Shown: positions 21,317 to 30,619, counted from the stretch's first letter. The stretch is 32,000 nucleotides of DNA from Formosa sp. Hel1_33_131 (GCF_001735745.1 NZ_CP017260.1:30001-62000); one strand, 5' to 3'. Notes: generated from the sequence alone by a model not told the origin. Numbers and translations: made by a program.

Positions 21317-21982
21317 ATGATTATTGCAAAGCAAATACATAAATATTACGATGAACTTCATGTTCTTAAAGGAGTTGATTTAACTATTGAAAAAGGTGAG
21401 ATTGTTTCTATTGTTGGTGCCTCTGGAGCTGGCAAAACGACCTTATTACAGATTTTAGGCACCTTGGATTTTTACTCTAAAAACCCAGATAGTCAATTGC
21501 TAATTAATGGAATTGATGTGGCTGCACTCTCTGATACCGCGATGGCTAAATTTAGAAATGAACAATTGGGATTTATTTTTCAATTTCATCAATTACTGCC
21601 TGAATTCACAGCCCTTGAAAACATCTGTATTCCTGCTTTTATAAAGGGAACTCTACAAAAGGAAGCCGAAGCAAAAGCACTTGAATTACTTCAGTTTTTA
21701 GGGCTAGAGGAACGAAAAAACCACAAGCCAAACGAACTTTCAGGTGGCGAACAACAACGCGTCGCCGTGGCACGGGCATTAATCAACAGTCCTTCTGTTA
21801 TTTTTGCCGATGAACCTTCGGGGAATTTAGACAGTGAATCTGCTGAACAACTCCATAAATTATTTTTTAAATTAAGAGATCGGTTCGGACAAACCTTTGT
21901 TATTGTGACGCATAATCATGAATTAGCAGATATGGCCGATCGAAAAATAACGATGAGTGATGGACTTGTAAAAACGAACTAG
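21317..21982 (+). CDS. ABC transporter ATP-binding protein, LolD/MacB-ATPase-like
   Basis: 221 aa. Walker [16 protein letters not shown], signature [15 protein letters not shown] and Walker [13 protein letters not shown]. No permease gene is adjacent. Confidence 0.88.
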   Translation: MIIAKQIHKYYDELHVLKGVDLTIEKGEIVSIVGASGAGKTTLLQILGTLDFYSKNPDSQLLINGIDVAALSDTAMAKFRNEQLGFIFQFHQLLPEFTALENICIPAFIKGTLQKEAEAKALELLQFLGLEERKNHKPNELSGGEQQRVAVARALINSPSVIFADEPSGNLDSESAEQLHKLFFKLRDRFGQTFVIVTHNHELADMADRKITMSDGLVKTN

Positions 21983-21983
21983 A

Positions 21984-22757
21984 GTGTCAAAATTAAATTT
22001 TTCTGAACTCAAAGAATTTTTGGACGCTAAAGTCGTTCAGTACAATACCCCTGATTTTATTGGATCGGACCCTCTTCAAATTCCACACCGTTATACCTTA
22101 AAAGAAGATATTGAAATTTCAGGCTTTCTCACCGCCACCATTGCTTGGGGCAATAGAAAAAGCATTATCAACAACGCCAAACGCTTGATGAGTTTGATGG
22201 ATGATGCGCCTTATCAATTTGTGATGCAGCACCAACCCAAAGATTTAGAACCTCTAAATTCCTTTGTACATCGCACTTTTAACGGGCTTGATTGTATTCA
22301 GTTTATGGAAAGTCTAAAACACATCTACACCCATCACAACGGATTGGAAGGTGTTTTTAATACCTATGCAAAAACGGATAGCTTACAAAGCGCAATTCAC
22401 CATTTAAAGCAACATTTTTTTGAAATTGACCACCTCCAACGCACTCAAAAACACATCAGTGATCCCTTAAAAAAATCGGCTGCAAAGCGAATTAATATGT
22501 TTTTAAGATGGATGGTTCGCCCAAATGACACCAAGGTTGATTTTGGTTTGTGGACGCAGCTCTCCCCTTCTCAACTCTCCTGCCCTTTGGATGTACACTC
22601 TGGAAATGTCGCCCGAAAACTAGGAATGCTTCAACGTTCTCAAAATGATGCCAAAGCACTGGCTGAGTTGGATGCTTCTCTTCGTAAATTAGATCCAAAA
22701 GATCCTGTGAAATATGATTTTGCCTTGTTTGGTTTGGGAGTATTTGAAAGCTTCTAA
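21984..22757 (+). CDS. Conserved uncharacterised protein (resembles the TIGR02757/DUF2400 family as I recall it)
   Basis: 257-aa ORF with a GTG start 1 nt after the ABC ATPase stop. The family assignment is from memory of typical Bacteroidota annotation and is not verified. Confidence 0.55.
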   Translation: MSKLNFSELKEFLDAKVVQYNTPDFIGSDPLQIPHRYTLKEDIEISGFLTATIAWGNRKSIINNAKRLMSLMDDAPYQFVMQHQPKDLEPLNSFVHRTFNGLDCIQFMESLKHIYTHHNGLEGVFNTYAKTDSLQSAIHHLKQHFFEIDHLQRTQKHISDPLKKSAAKRINMFLRWMVRPNDTKVDFGLWTQLSPSQLSCPLDVHSGNVARKLGMLQRSQNDAKALAELDASLRKLDPKDPVKYDFALFGLGVFESF

Positions 22758-23659
22758 AAGTCAAATACTTTCCCGTCATCCGCAAGCAATACGTCTTTAA
22801 AAACCGTATTTGCTTCTGTTTTAAATCCTTCTAACCCTCCGTAACGTGTGGAGTAATGTCCTAAGATCAATTGTTTGGCATTGGCTTTCAATGCAATGGT
22901 GGCAGCTTGTTTGGCCGTAGAATGCTTTGTTTTGACGCATAAGTGCTCGTGAGCGTCCATAAAAGTGGATTCATGATACAACATATCCACATCTTTAATA
23001 ATGGGTATGATGTCCTCTTTATAAGCCGTATCGCTACAAAAAGCATAACTCTTAGTCTGATGACCGTCATAAGTCACCTCTGCATTCGGAATTAAAGTGC
23101 CTTCCTCATTGACCACATCGTCGCCTTGTTTGAGTTTTCTAAAATAGGCTTTATTGATGTTGAGTGCTTCGGCTTTATCGATGTCTAACTTTCGTTCATA
23201 CGGTTTTTCTTTAAACAAAAATCCATTGGTATATATGCGATGGTCTAAAGGAATGGTATGGACAGATACTTTTTCATCTTCAAAAATGAGTTCGGATGAT
23301 TTAGAGGACAATACATGAAAAATCAATTTAAAATTAGTCCATGAATCCGCTAGTTTCATCTGGAGGGTAATCAATTCCTTTAAGCCTTTAGGACCGTAAA
23401 TATGTAAATCCGTTTCTCGTGTTAGCAATCGAAAAGTGGAAACTAAGCCCACCAATCCAAAATAGTGATCACCATGTAAATGAGAAATAAAGATGTGCTT
23501 GATCTGGTTGAACTTGATTTTATGACGTCTCAACTCAACTTGAGTGCCTTCGCCACAATCAATTAAAAATAAATGCCCACGAGTTTCTAAAACTTGAGAG
23601 GTGGTATGGGCTATAATTCTGGGAGTTGCACTGTAGCAACCGAGTATGGAAAGTTTCAA
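22754..23659 (-). CDS. rnz: Ribonuclease Z / metallo-beta-lactamase-fold tRNA 3'-processing nuclease
   Basis: 301 aa. Contains LIDCGEGTQ and the HLHGDH (HxHxDH) motif. The apparent start is TTG at 23659, because the conserved N-terminus MKLSILGCY begins there. Confidence 0.85.
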   Translation of the reverse strand: MKLSILGCYSATPRIIAHTTSQVLETRGHLFLIDCGEGTQVELRRHKIKFNQIKHIFISHLHGDHYFGLVGLVSTFRLLTRETDLHIYGPKGLKELITLQMKLADSWTNFKLIFHVLSSKSSELIFEDEKVSVHTIPLDHRIYTNGFLFKEKPYERKLDIDKAEALNINKAYFRKLKQGDDVVNEEGTLIPNAEVTYDGHQTKSYAFCSDTAYKEDIIPIIKDVDMLYHESTFMDAHEHLCVKTKHSTAKQAATIALKANAKQLILGHYSTRYGGLEGFKTEANTVFKDVLLADDGKVFDF

Positions 23660-23669
23660 AGTTGTGGTA

Positions 23670-23993
23670 TTAAATTCCTAAATCGCGTTCCATTTGTTCC
23701 ATTTCAATATAATCGTGTGCCTCTTGAAGTGTTGGAACGACGGTGAAATCATCTTCGAAATCATTTTGATTTAGCTGTGCACTGACCACTACAAAAGAAT
23801 GATTTAATTCGCGATGCGTTTTTGACAGCGACACTAACACATCCATAGAATCTGAGTGTGCATCGTTGAGTTGTAAAATCACATTGCCTTCTTTAAAACG
23901 TTCGTGGAGCACTGAGAATTTCTTAGAAAATTCCGAAAGACTTGTCTTTTCTTGAGTAATTATTGCCGTCGAATTATCCTGTTCTATAGTCAT
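23670..23993 (-). CDS. Hypothetical acidic 107-aa protein (orf107)
   Basis: The ORF is wedged between pyrB (1-nt gap) and rnz (10-nt gap). It has no Cys and an acidic C-terminus, VVPTLQEAHDYIEMEQMERDLGI. A small alpha/beta (STAS-like) fold is only a guess. Confidence 0.6.
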   Translation of the reverse strand: MTIEQDNSTAIITQEKTSLSEFSKKFSVLHERFKEGNVILQLNDAHSDSMDVLVSLSKTHRELNHSFVVVSAQLNQNDFEDDFTVVPTLQEAHDYIEMEQMERDLGI

Positions 23994-23994
23994 C

Positions 23995-24924
23995 TTATTG
24001 TTTAATTTTAGAAGCTAAAAGGTACATGACTGCCATTCGAATGGCCACTCCATTTTCAACTTGATTTAAAATAATAGCTTGACCAGAATCCGCCACTTCA
24101 CTGGTAATTTCAACTCCTCTGTTGATAGGCCCTGGGTGCATAATGGTAATTTCTTTATCCAAAGATTCTAACAAATCTTTAGTAACTCCGTACTGTTGTG
24201 TGTATTCTCTTGTGGTAGGGAAATAACTGATTTCCATGCGTTCGTTTTGAACCCGCAACATATTCGCTATATTACACCAATTTAGTGCTTTACGTAAGTT
24301 TGTCTCAACCTTCACTCCAAGTTTATCAATGTATTTTGGAATGAGGGTTTTTGGTCCGCAAACCATGACTTCTGCTCCTTGTAATCGCAAGGCAAAGATG
24401 TTTGAGAGTGCAACCCTGCTGTGTAAGATATCTCCGACAATGACTATTTTTTTACCTTTTACTTCGCCATACTTTTCACGAATTGAATAGGTGTCTAAAA
24501 GGGCTTGCGTTGGATGTTCGTGTGCACCGTCGCCCGCATTGATGATCTGTGCATCTATATGTTTCGACAAAAAGGTCGCCGCCCCAGGATTCGGATGGCG
24601 CATGACCACCATATCTACTTTCATAGAGAGAATGTTATTAACTGTATCGACCAGCGTTTCTCCCTTACTCACAGACGATTGTCCAGAGGAGAAGTTGATC
24701 ACATCGGCAGACAAGCGTTTTTGAGCCAGTTCAAAAGAGAGTTTTGTACGCGTTGAATTTTCAAAAAAGAGGTTGGCAATTGTAATATCTCTAAGGGAAG
24801 GTACTTTTTTTATGGGACGATTGATCACTTTCTTAAAGTGATCGGCAGTGTCAAAAATAAGGTTAATATCATCGTTGTTGAGATATTTTATTCCTAATAA
24901 ATGATCTACACTCAGTTCGCTCAT
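23995..24924 (-). CDS. pyrB: Aspartate carbamoyltransferase catalytic subunit
   Basis: 309 aa. STRTKLSFE (carbamoyl-phosphate site), HPTQALLD and HPGP motifs. Confidence 0.95.
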   Translation of the reverse strand: MSELSVDHLLGIKYLNNDDINLIFDTADHFKKVINRPIKKVPSLRDITIANLFFENSTRTKLSFELAQKRLSADVINFSSGQSSVSKGETLVDTVNNILSMKVDMVVMRHPNPGAATFLSKHIDAQIINAGDGAHEHPTQALLDTYSIREKYGEVKGKKIVIVGDILHSRVALSNIFALRLQGAEVMVCGPKTLIPKYIDKLGVKVETNLRKALNWCNIANMLRVQNERMEISYFPTTREYTQQYGVTKDLLESLDKEITIMHPGPINRGVEITSEVADSGQAIILNQVENGVAIRMAVMYLLASKIKQ

Positions 24925-24927
24925 GGT

Positions 24928-25467
24928 CTAATTTTTTATCAAATAAACGGCATCTTCACCGCTTGTTTCTTTCCAGTTTACCAATACTTTTTCGTCATTA
25001 ATAGCATCGACTTGCCGGCCTCTGTAATCTGGCTGTATGGGTAAATGTCTGCTAAAACGTCGGTCTATAAGGGTTAGCAATTCAATCTCATTCGGACGTC
25101 CAAACGATTGGATGGCAGTCAAAGCCGCACGAATACTTCGCCCTGTATATAACACATCGTCAATAAACACAACGCGTTTGCCTTCAATCAAAAAATCAAT
25201 TTCGGTAGAATTTGCTTCGAGTACTTTATCCGATCGCCTAAAATCATCTCTATAAAACGTGATGTCTAACAAACCTAATTGGACGTCAGGAAGCTTATAT
25301 TCTTCCATTAAAAGCGTCTTTATGCGTTGTGCTAAAAAGATGCCTCTTGGTTGTAAACCAATTAAAACGGTGTTAGAAAAGTCGGTATGTTTTTCAATGA
25401 GTTGACAAGCCAATCGATGTAGAATGATGTTTACTTCCTTATTGTTAAGTAAAACTTTTGGACTCAT
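24928..25467 (-). CDS. pyrR: Bifunctional pyrimidine operon regulator / uracil phosphoribosyltransferase PyrR
   Basis: 179 aa. PRPP-binding loop VVFIDDVLYTGRSIRAAL and the PyrR-type N-terminus. Confidence 0.9.
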   Translation of the reverse strand: MSPKVLLNNKEVNIILHRLACQLIEKHTDFSNTVLIGLQPRGIFLAQRIKTLLMEEYKLPDVQLGLLDITFYRDDFRRSDKVLEANSTEIDFLIEGKRVVFIDDVLYTGRSIRAALTAIQSFGRPNEIELLTLIDRRFSRHLPIQPDYRGRQVDAINDEKVLVNWKETSGEDAVYLIKN

Positions 25468-25490
25468 AGTTGTTCAACGTATTCGAAGTA

Positions 25491-25498
25491 CAAAGGTA
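25491..25498 (-). promoter_or_regulatory. -7 box (TACCTTTG on the minus strand) for pyrR
   Basis: Exact TAnnTTTG match 24 nt upstream of the ATG at 25467. Confidence 0.4.
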
Positions 25499-25565
25499 AT
25501 GAAAAAATTAAAATAACATTGCTGCTTGATGATTTAATGACAGTGAACCTCAACACTGCAAGACA

Positions 25566-25901
25566 TTATTTTAAAAACGGGATGCTATACGGATAGACAG
25601 GTAGCTGTTCATCGCTTGCTTTAATTGCATTTTTGATTGGATATACAATTGACATCACTAAAATTACAATTAGGCCTATAATCCCCACTCCTACAAAAAC
25701 TAACGGGATGCATATAAAGCTGTAAATCAAAAGGCTAAACTGAAAATTTAGAATCATTTTTCCGTGGGCATCTAAGTCTTTTATTTTATCTTTTTGCGTA
25801 AACCAGATGATAAGAGGAATTAGGATGCTTCCAAATGCCAACGCAAAGGTTGCTAATTGAGAAAGGTGCATGAGCACGATGGCTTGATTGTCTTGTTTCA
25901 T
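25566..25901 (-). CDS. DUF4870-like small membrane protein
   Basis: 111 aa with three hydrophobic segments. The HL...P.I.W......D..AH.K..LNFQ.S pattern is what I recall for DUF4870. Confidence 0.65.
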   Translation of the reverse strand: MKQDNQAIVLMHLSQLATFALAFGSILIPLIIWFTQKDKIKDLDAHGKMILNFQFSLLIYSFICIPLVFVGVGIIGLIVILVMSIVYPIKNAIKASDEQLPVYPYSIPFLK

Positions 25902-25950
25902 GATTTGTAGGTTTATCTATTTGACGCTAACAAAGGAAAAATGTTACAAC

Positions 25951-26751
25951 TTAAGAAATCAATTCCTTGAAAATAATTACCACAGCCATTAGAATCATAA
26001 AGCGAGCAAAGTTGGTTTTTAAGGTCGATTCACGTATATAATTTGAAATATAAGTACCCACAAAAATTCCTAAAACAGAAATGACTGTAAAGAGCATGAG
26101 AAAATTCCACTCAATTTCTAAGAAGGACACATCAGAACTAAATCCAATAAGTGAATTAAAAGTAATAATTATTAATGAGGTAGTGACGGCTTGTTTGATT
26201 GTTAATCGTGCGAATAACACCAATGCTGGCACAATAATAAATCCACCACCAGCACCTACCAACCCTGTTAAAACACCAACGCCTAGCCCTATAAAAATCA
26301 ATAAACCATAATTCTTATTGGTGTTTAAATTCGTGATGGTTTCTGTTTTGGGTTTTTTCATCATAAGAACAGATGATAACATTATAATACTACTAAAAAA
26401 CAACATCAATCCCATCTCTTTTGTGATGTCAAAAGATTCAGAAGATAGCAGCACCTCTGGAATATTGGGGATTAAAAAACGGCGTGTCAGAAATACAGAC
26501 ACCAGTGCTGGCAATGTAAATATACCTGCAGTTTTGTATTCAATCAACTTCTTTTTTAGATTAATAAGTGTTCCAATAGCCGCTGAAGACCCAACGACAA
26601 ACATAGAATAACTGGTGGCGATGACAGGGTTTAATTTAAATAGATAAACAAATATCGGAACTGCCAAAATAGAGCCTCCACCTCCAAAAAGACCGATCAC
26701 AATACCTGTTAAAAAAGCTCCGAAATATCCTATAAATTCTAAATAACTCAT
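25951..26751 (-). CDS. TauE/SafE family anion permease (sulfite-exporter family)
   Basis: 266 aa and polytopic. Duplicated glycine-rich segments (GLFGGGGSILAVP and GLVGAGGGFIIVP) are typical of TauE/SafE. Confidence 0.85.
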   Translation of the reverse strand: MSYLEFIGYFGAFLTGIVIGLFGGGGSILAVPIFVYLFKLNPVIATSYSMFVVGSSAAIGTLINLKKKLIEYKTAGIFTLPALVSVFLTRRFLIPNIPEVLLSSESFDITKEMGLMLFFSSIIMLSSVLMMKKPKTETITNLNTNKNYGLLIFIGLGVGVLTGLVGAGGGFIIVPALVLFARLTIKQAVTTSLIIITFNSLIGFSSDVSFLEIEWNFLMLFTVISVLGIFVGTYISNYIRESTLKTNFARFMILMAVVIIFKELIS

Positions 26752-29654
26752 AGTGGCTCATTTAGTGCGTCGTACAGAACCTCAATAGGATGCAGGGCTG
26801 TTTTATTCACTCCGTCTCTAATTTGATGCCTACAACTTGTACCAGAAGCCGACAAGAGAACGTCTGTATCTAAACCTCTCAAAGAAGGAAATAAGCGGTC
26901 CTCTCCTATTTGTTGGCTTAATTCGTAATGTTCTTTTTCATAACCAAAAGATCCCGCCATACCGCAACATCCAGCGTCTATGGTTTCAACCTTGAAATTA
27001 GGAGGGATAGCTAAAATAGTTTCGGCATACGTATTGGAGGACAATGCTTTTTGATGGCAATGTCCATGATAATGGATGGTTTCTGTTTTTGTGGTAAACT
27101 TTGAAACGTCAATCTTATTTTCGGTCATTTCATTGGCTAGAAATTCTTCAATCATAAATACATTTTGGGCTAAATTTTCAGCGTTGGATTTCAACTCCAC
27201 ATCAACAAGGTTTGGATATTCATCCCTAAAACCTAAAATGGCAGACGGCTCAATTCCCACCAAGGGCCTATCTTTAGAAACCAAATTACTAAAGGTGTTT
27301 ATATTTTCTGTAGCAATGCTTTTAGCTTGGTCTAAAAATCCTTTTGAAATATAGGCACGGGCACTTTCAGGATGTTTGGGCATGTGAACCTTATACCCTA
27401 ATTTATTTAAGAGTAAGATTGTTTTTTTACCAATTTCTACGTCGTAATGATTGGTGTATTCATCACAAAATAAATAAACGCTTCTTGGATGATTTCCCTG
27501 TTGAACGCTGTCAAACCATTGTCGTAACGTTTTAGACTGTAAGTTTGGAAGCGACCGTTTTGGATGCACGCCTATGAGGGATTTAAACCAAGAGCTTTTT
27601 CCAATAAAATTATAAATACCTGCAAACCGACGAGCAACCGCATTTATTTTAGCATTGTGTGCAATGAGTTTACTTCGGAGTGAAACCGGATTTGTTTTTT
27701 GATACTGATATAAAAACTCTGCTTTCAGACTTGCCATATCAACATTGGAAGGACATTCTGATTTACACGCCTTACAAGACACACAAAGGTCCAACGCTTC
27801 TTTAATCTCTGGATGATCGAACGGATTCTCTTTAGTGTTTTGGGTTAAAAATTCTCGTAATACATTGGCACGACCCCGCGTAGAATCTTTTTCATCCAAG
27901 GTCGCTCTATAACTTGGACACATGGTTCCACCTGCAAAACTTAATTTTCGACAATCGCCAGAGCCATTGCATTTTTCTACCGTGTTTAAAATACCTCCAG
28001 TTGATTCAAAATTATAAAGGGTTTCTACTTTTGGAAGGGTTTTATCTGCTTCGTAACGCAAGGCAGCATCCATCGGAACGGCATTCACAATTTTCCCTGG
28101 ATTGAACAGTGCTAAAGGATCCCAAGTCGATTTGATGCGTTTTAGAAGTTGGTAATTTTCCTCCCCTAAAACTAAGGGAATAAATTCCGATCGAACACGG
28201 CCATCGCCATGTTCTCCACTGAGGGCTCCTTTAAATGATTTTACCAATTTTGCAGAGGCTTCACTAATAGATCGAAACAATGCCACATCTGTAGATGATT
28301 TTAAATTTAAGATCGGTCTTAGATGTAATTCCCCTGCCCCAGCATGTGCATAGTACACCGCTTTTTGATGGTAGGATTTCATAAGCGTGGTAAACGCTTC
28401 AATATAAAGTGGCAAATCGTCCAAGGCCACAGCGGTATCTTCAATACAGGCAACAGCTTTAGCATCTCCTGGAATATTTGCCAAAAGTCCCAAGCCTGCT
28501 TTTCTCAAATCCCATACTTTATTGCAGTCATCTCCTTCGACTAATTTATAGGCATAACCTAAGTTAGAGGCTTTAAGATTCGTTTCTAATTGGAAGGCCT
28601 GTTGCTTGGCATCCTCTAAAGTATCGCCTCTAAACTCCACCATTAGAATTGCTTCTGGATCGCCTTCGACAAAGAATCGATTTTTTTGCTGGGTGATGTT
28701 ATCTTTGGTACAATCCAAAATGGTTTTGTCCATCAATTCACAAGCAGAAGGTGCTTGTTTCATGGCGATTAAGGTCGCTTGAAGGCTTTCGGTTATGGAA
28801 TTGAAATGCGCATTTAAAACCACTTGAAAAGGTTTTGGCAAGGGCACAATTTGAAGTTTTAGTTCTGTGGTAAATGCTAAAGTACCTTCGGAACCACAAA
28901 GTAGTTTAGAGAAATTAAAATCCTCCTTAGATTCTTCAAATACATTGGTTTGCATCAATGCATCTACGGCATAGCCTGTATTGCGTCGCGTAATGGACGC
29001 TTTTGGATAGCCTGTCTCAATTTGTTCCCGAATGATGTGATTATCAAGCTCTGCGAAAATATGTTTGTATAAGGCGGCTTCTAACGAAGTGCCTTTTGTT
29101 TTTGAGATAAATTCTTCTTTACTAAGAGCTGAAAATTCAACATCGCTTCCATCACTTAAAATGGCTTTGACTGCTAAAGTGTGATCGCGGGTGGCTCCAT
29201 ACACAATGGAAGTCGAACCACAAGAATTATTTCCGACCATCCCTCCCATCGTACAGCGATTGGCAGTCGATGTATTAGGTCCAAAAAAGAAACCATACGG
29301 TTTAAGAAATGTATTCAAATGATCTCGAACCACACCGGGTTGTACACGCACCCATTGTTCTTGGGTATTAATTTCCAAGATCTCATTCATATATTTAGAT
29401 ACATCTACAACGATTCCATCGCCAACACATTGGCCTGCTAAAGAGGTGCCTGCCGCACGCGGAATAATTGACAATGCATTAGCACTTGCAAATTCAATCA
29501 AACGTTTGATGTCTTCTGTTGTTTTTGGAATGGCAACCGCATAAGGCAACTCTCTGTACACAGATGCATCTGTGGCGTACAAGGTTTTCACAAGATCACT
29601 GTCGTAAAGTTCTCCAGATAGCTGCTGTTTTAAAGATGTGAGATGTGTTTGCAA
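26748..29654 (-). CDS. YdiJ-type FAD-linked oxidase fused to 4Fe-4S and CCG (GlcF-like) domains; probable D-2-hydroxyacid dehydrogenase
   Basis: 968 aa. N-terminal PCMH-type FAD domain (IIPRAAGTSLAGQCVG), FAD-oxidase C domain, ferredoxin motifs (CNGSGDCRK...CP, CVSCKACKSECP) and C-terminal CCG motifs (CCGMAGSFG). The apparent start is TTG at 29654, with no ATG nearby. Confidence 0.85.
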   Translation of the reverse strand: MQTHLTSLKQQLSGELYDSDLVKTLYATDASVYRELPYAVAIPKTTEDIKRLIEFASANALSIIPRAAGTSLAGQCVGDGIVVDVSKYMNEILEINTQEQWVRVQPGVVRDHLNTFLKPYGFFFGPNTSTANRCTMGGMVGNNSCGSTSIVYGATRDHTLAVKAILSDGSDVEFSALSKEEFISKTKGTSLEAALYKHIFAELDNHIIREQIETGYPKASITRRNTGYAVDALMQTNVFEESKEDFNFSKLLCGSEGTLAFTTELKLQIVPLPKPFQVVLNAHFNSITESLQATLIAMKQAPSACELMDKTILDCTKDNITQQKNRFFVEGDPEAILMVEFRGDTLEDAKQQAFQLETNLKASNLGYAYKLVEGDDCNKVWDLRKAGLGLLANIPGDAKAVACIEDTAVALDDLPLYIEAFTTLMKSYHQKAVYYAHAGAGELHLRPILNLKSSTDVALFRSISEASAKLVKSFKGALSGEHGDGRVRSEFIPLVLGEENYQLLKRIKSTWDPLALFNPGKIVNAVPMDAALRYEADKTLPKVETLYNFESTGGILNTVEKCNGSGDCRKLSFAGGTMCPSYRATLDEKDSTRGRANVLREFLTQNTKENPFDHPEIKEALDLCVSCKACKSECPSNVDMASLKAEFLYQYQKTNPVSLRSKLIAHNAKINAVARRFAGIYNFIGKSSWFKSLIGVHPKRSLPNLQSKTLRQWFDSVQQGNHPRSVYLFCDEYTNHYDVEIGKKTILLLNKLGYKVHMPKHPESARAYISKGFLDQAKSIATENINTFSNLVSKDRPLVGIEPSAILGFRDEYPNLVDVELKSNAENLAQNVFMIEEFLANEMTENKIDVSKFTTKTETIHYHGHCHQKALSSNTYAETILAIPPNFKVETIDAGCCGMAGSFGYEKEHYELSQQIGEDRLFPSLRGLDTDVLLSASGTSCRHQIRDGVNKTALHPIEVLYDALNEPL

Positions 29655-29862
29655 TAAAAATAAATATAGAAAGTTTAAAGGTATGAAAATGGATGGTTTT
29701 TAATGAAGCGGTTTAAACTTTTTTAAAAAAACATAAAAATATTGTGAACCTTAGCACTCTAAAACATGATAACCAATGCGTCTTACCTTTCATTAATACC
29801 CTAAAGTCTTATTTATTTTGAACATATACACTAGTAAATAAAATGTTAAATAGGTTTTATTA

Positions 29863-30429
29863 CTAACAATAGAGTTCAATATAGTTTTGAAAAAAAAGTT
29901 CAACACTTTTTAATTTTAAATTAGATTTTTTACTTTTTATTAAATAACTACTCGAAGTGCTTATTTCAATATGTTCAAATTTTTCAGGTGAAAAATAACG
30001 CTTCACATAGATTCCGTAAGTGTTGAATCGTTTTGTTTGAGCCACCGTTCCGTCAATATTTATATTCGCTTTGTTGACTTTTTTATTTAGCTCGTCTTTT
30101 GTCGGTGACCCTATAAATCCAAAAGAACTTGATTTATTTTTGGAATAGATCTCTAAAACAACTTTTATTATCGTGTTAAGAATGATTAAGAAATTTTTCG
30201 CACCAGACGACCCCTTTCTGATTGACTTTTTATTTAGCAAACTATAGCGATAGCTCGAATCTTTATGGTTTTTTTGAAAGAACTTTATTATGTAAATATT
30301 ATCTGGATGGTGTTCAACTTCAAGCACATAGGCTAAGTTGTAGGTACATTTAAAAGAATATAAATCCGTTTGAATGCCGTTTAATGTAGTCTTGCCTACG
30401 GGTTTATAATTAAAACAATGGCCTAGCAA
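29863..30429 (-). CDS. Hypothetical 188-aa protein, no family recognised
   Basis: A long ORF in an AT-rich stretch. The only possible start is TTG at 30429 (in-frame stop 6 nt upstream), and the frame has no internal Met. It lies 11 nt downstream of a 49-codon ORF. Confidence 0.5.
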   Translation of the reverse strand: MLGHCFNYKPVGKTTLNGIQTDLYSFKCTYNLAYVLEVEHHPDNIYIIKFFQKNHKDSSYRYSLLNKKSIRKGSSGAKNFLIILNTIIKVVLEIYSKNKSSSFGFIGSPTKDELNKKVNKANINIDGTVAQTKRFNTYGIYVKRYFSPEKFEHIEISTSSSYLIKSKKSNLKLKSVELFFQNYIELYC

Positions 30430-30440
30430 ACTATTTTAAC

Positions 30441-30590
30441 TTATAAGTTTAGATACGTATAAGCCATTGAACGGTTTTCTTTAACATCCGATGGAGTCAA
30501 AACTTTGGCTTTATGAATTACTTTTTTAGAAGACAAAAAAGCCTTCTTTGTAGTCTTAGGATTTTTACTAATTTTTATAATATTTCCCAT
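30441..30590 (-). CDS. Candidate 49-aa lysine-rich peptide
   Basis: Hand translation: MGNIIKISKNPKTTKKAFLSSKKVIHKAKVLTPSDVKENRSMAYTYLNL. It has an ATG start 20 nt downstream of an exact -7 box. It is too short for the supplied ORF track. Confidence 0.35.
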   Translation of the reverse strand: MGNIIKISKNPKTTKKAFLSSKKVIHKAKVLTPSDVKENRSMAYTYLNL

Positions 30591-30609
30591 GATTTAATTG
30601 TTCTTATTT

Positions 30610-30617
30610 CAAAATTA
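30610..30617 (-). promoter_or_regulatory. -7 box (TAATTTTG on the minus strand) for the peptide/188-aa gene pair
   Basis: Exact TAnnTTTG match 20 nt upstream of the ATG at 30590. Confidence 0.4.
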
Positions 30618-30619
30618 CA

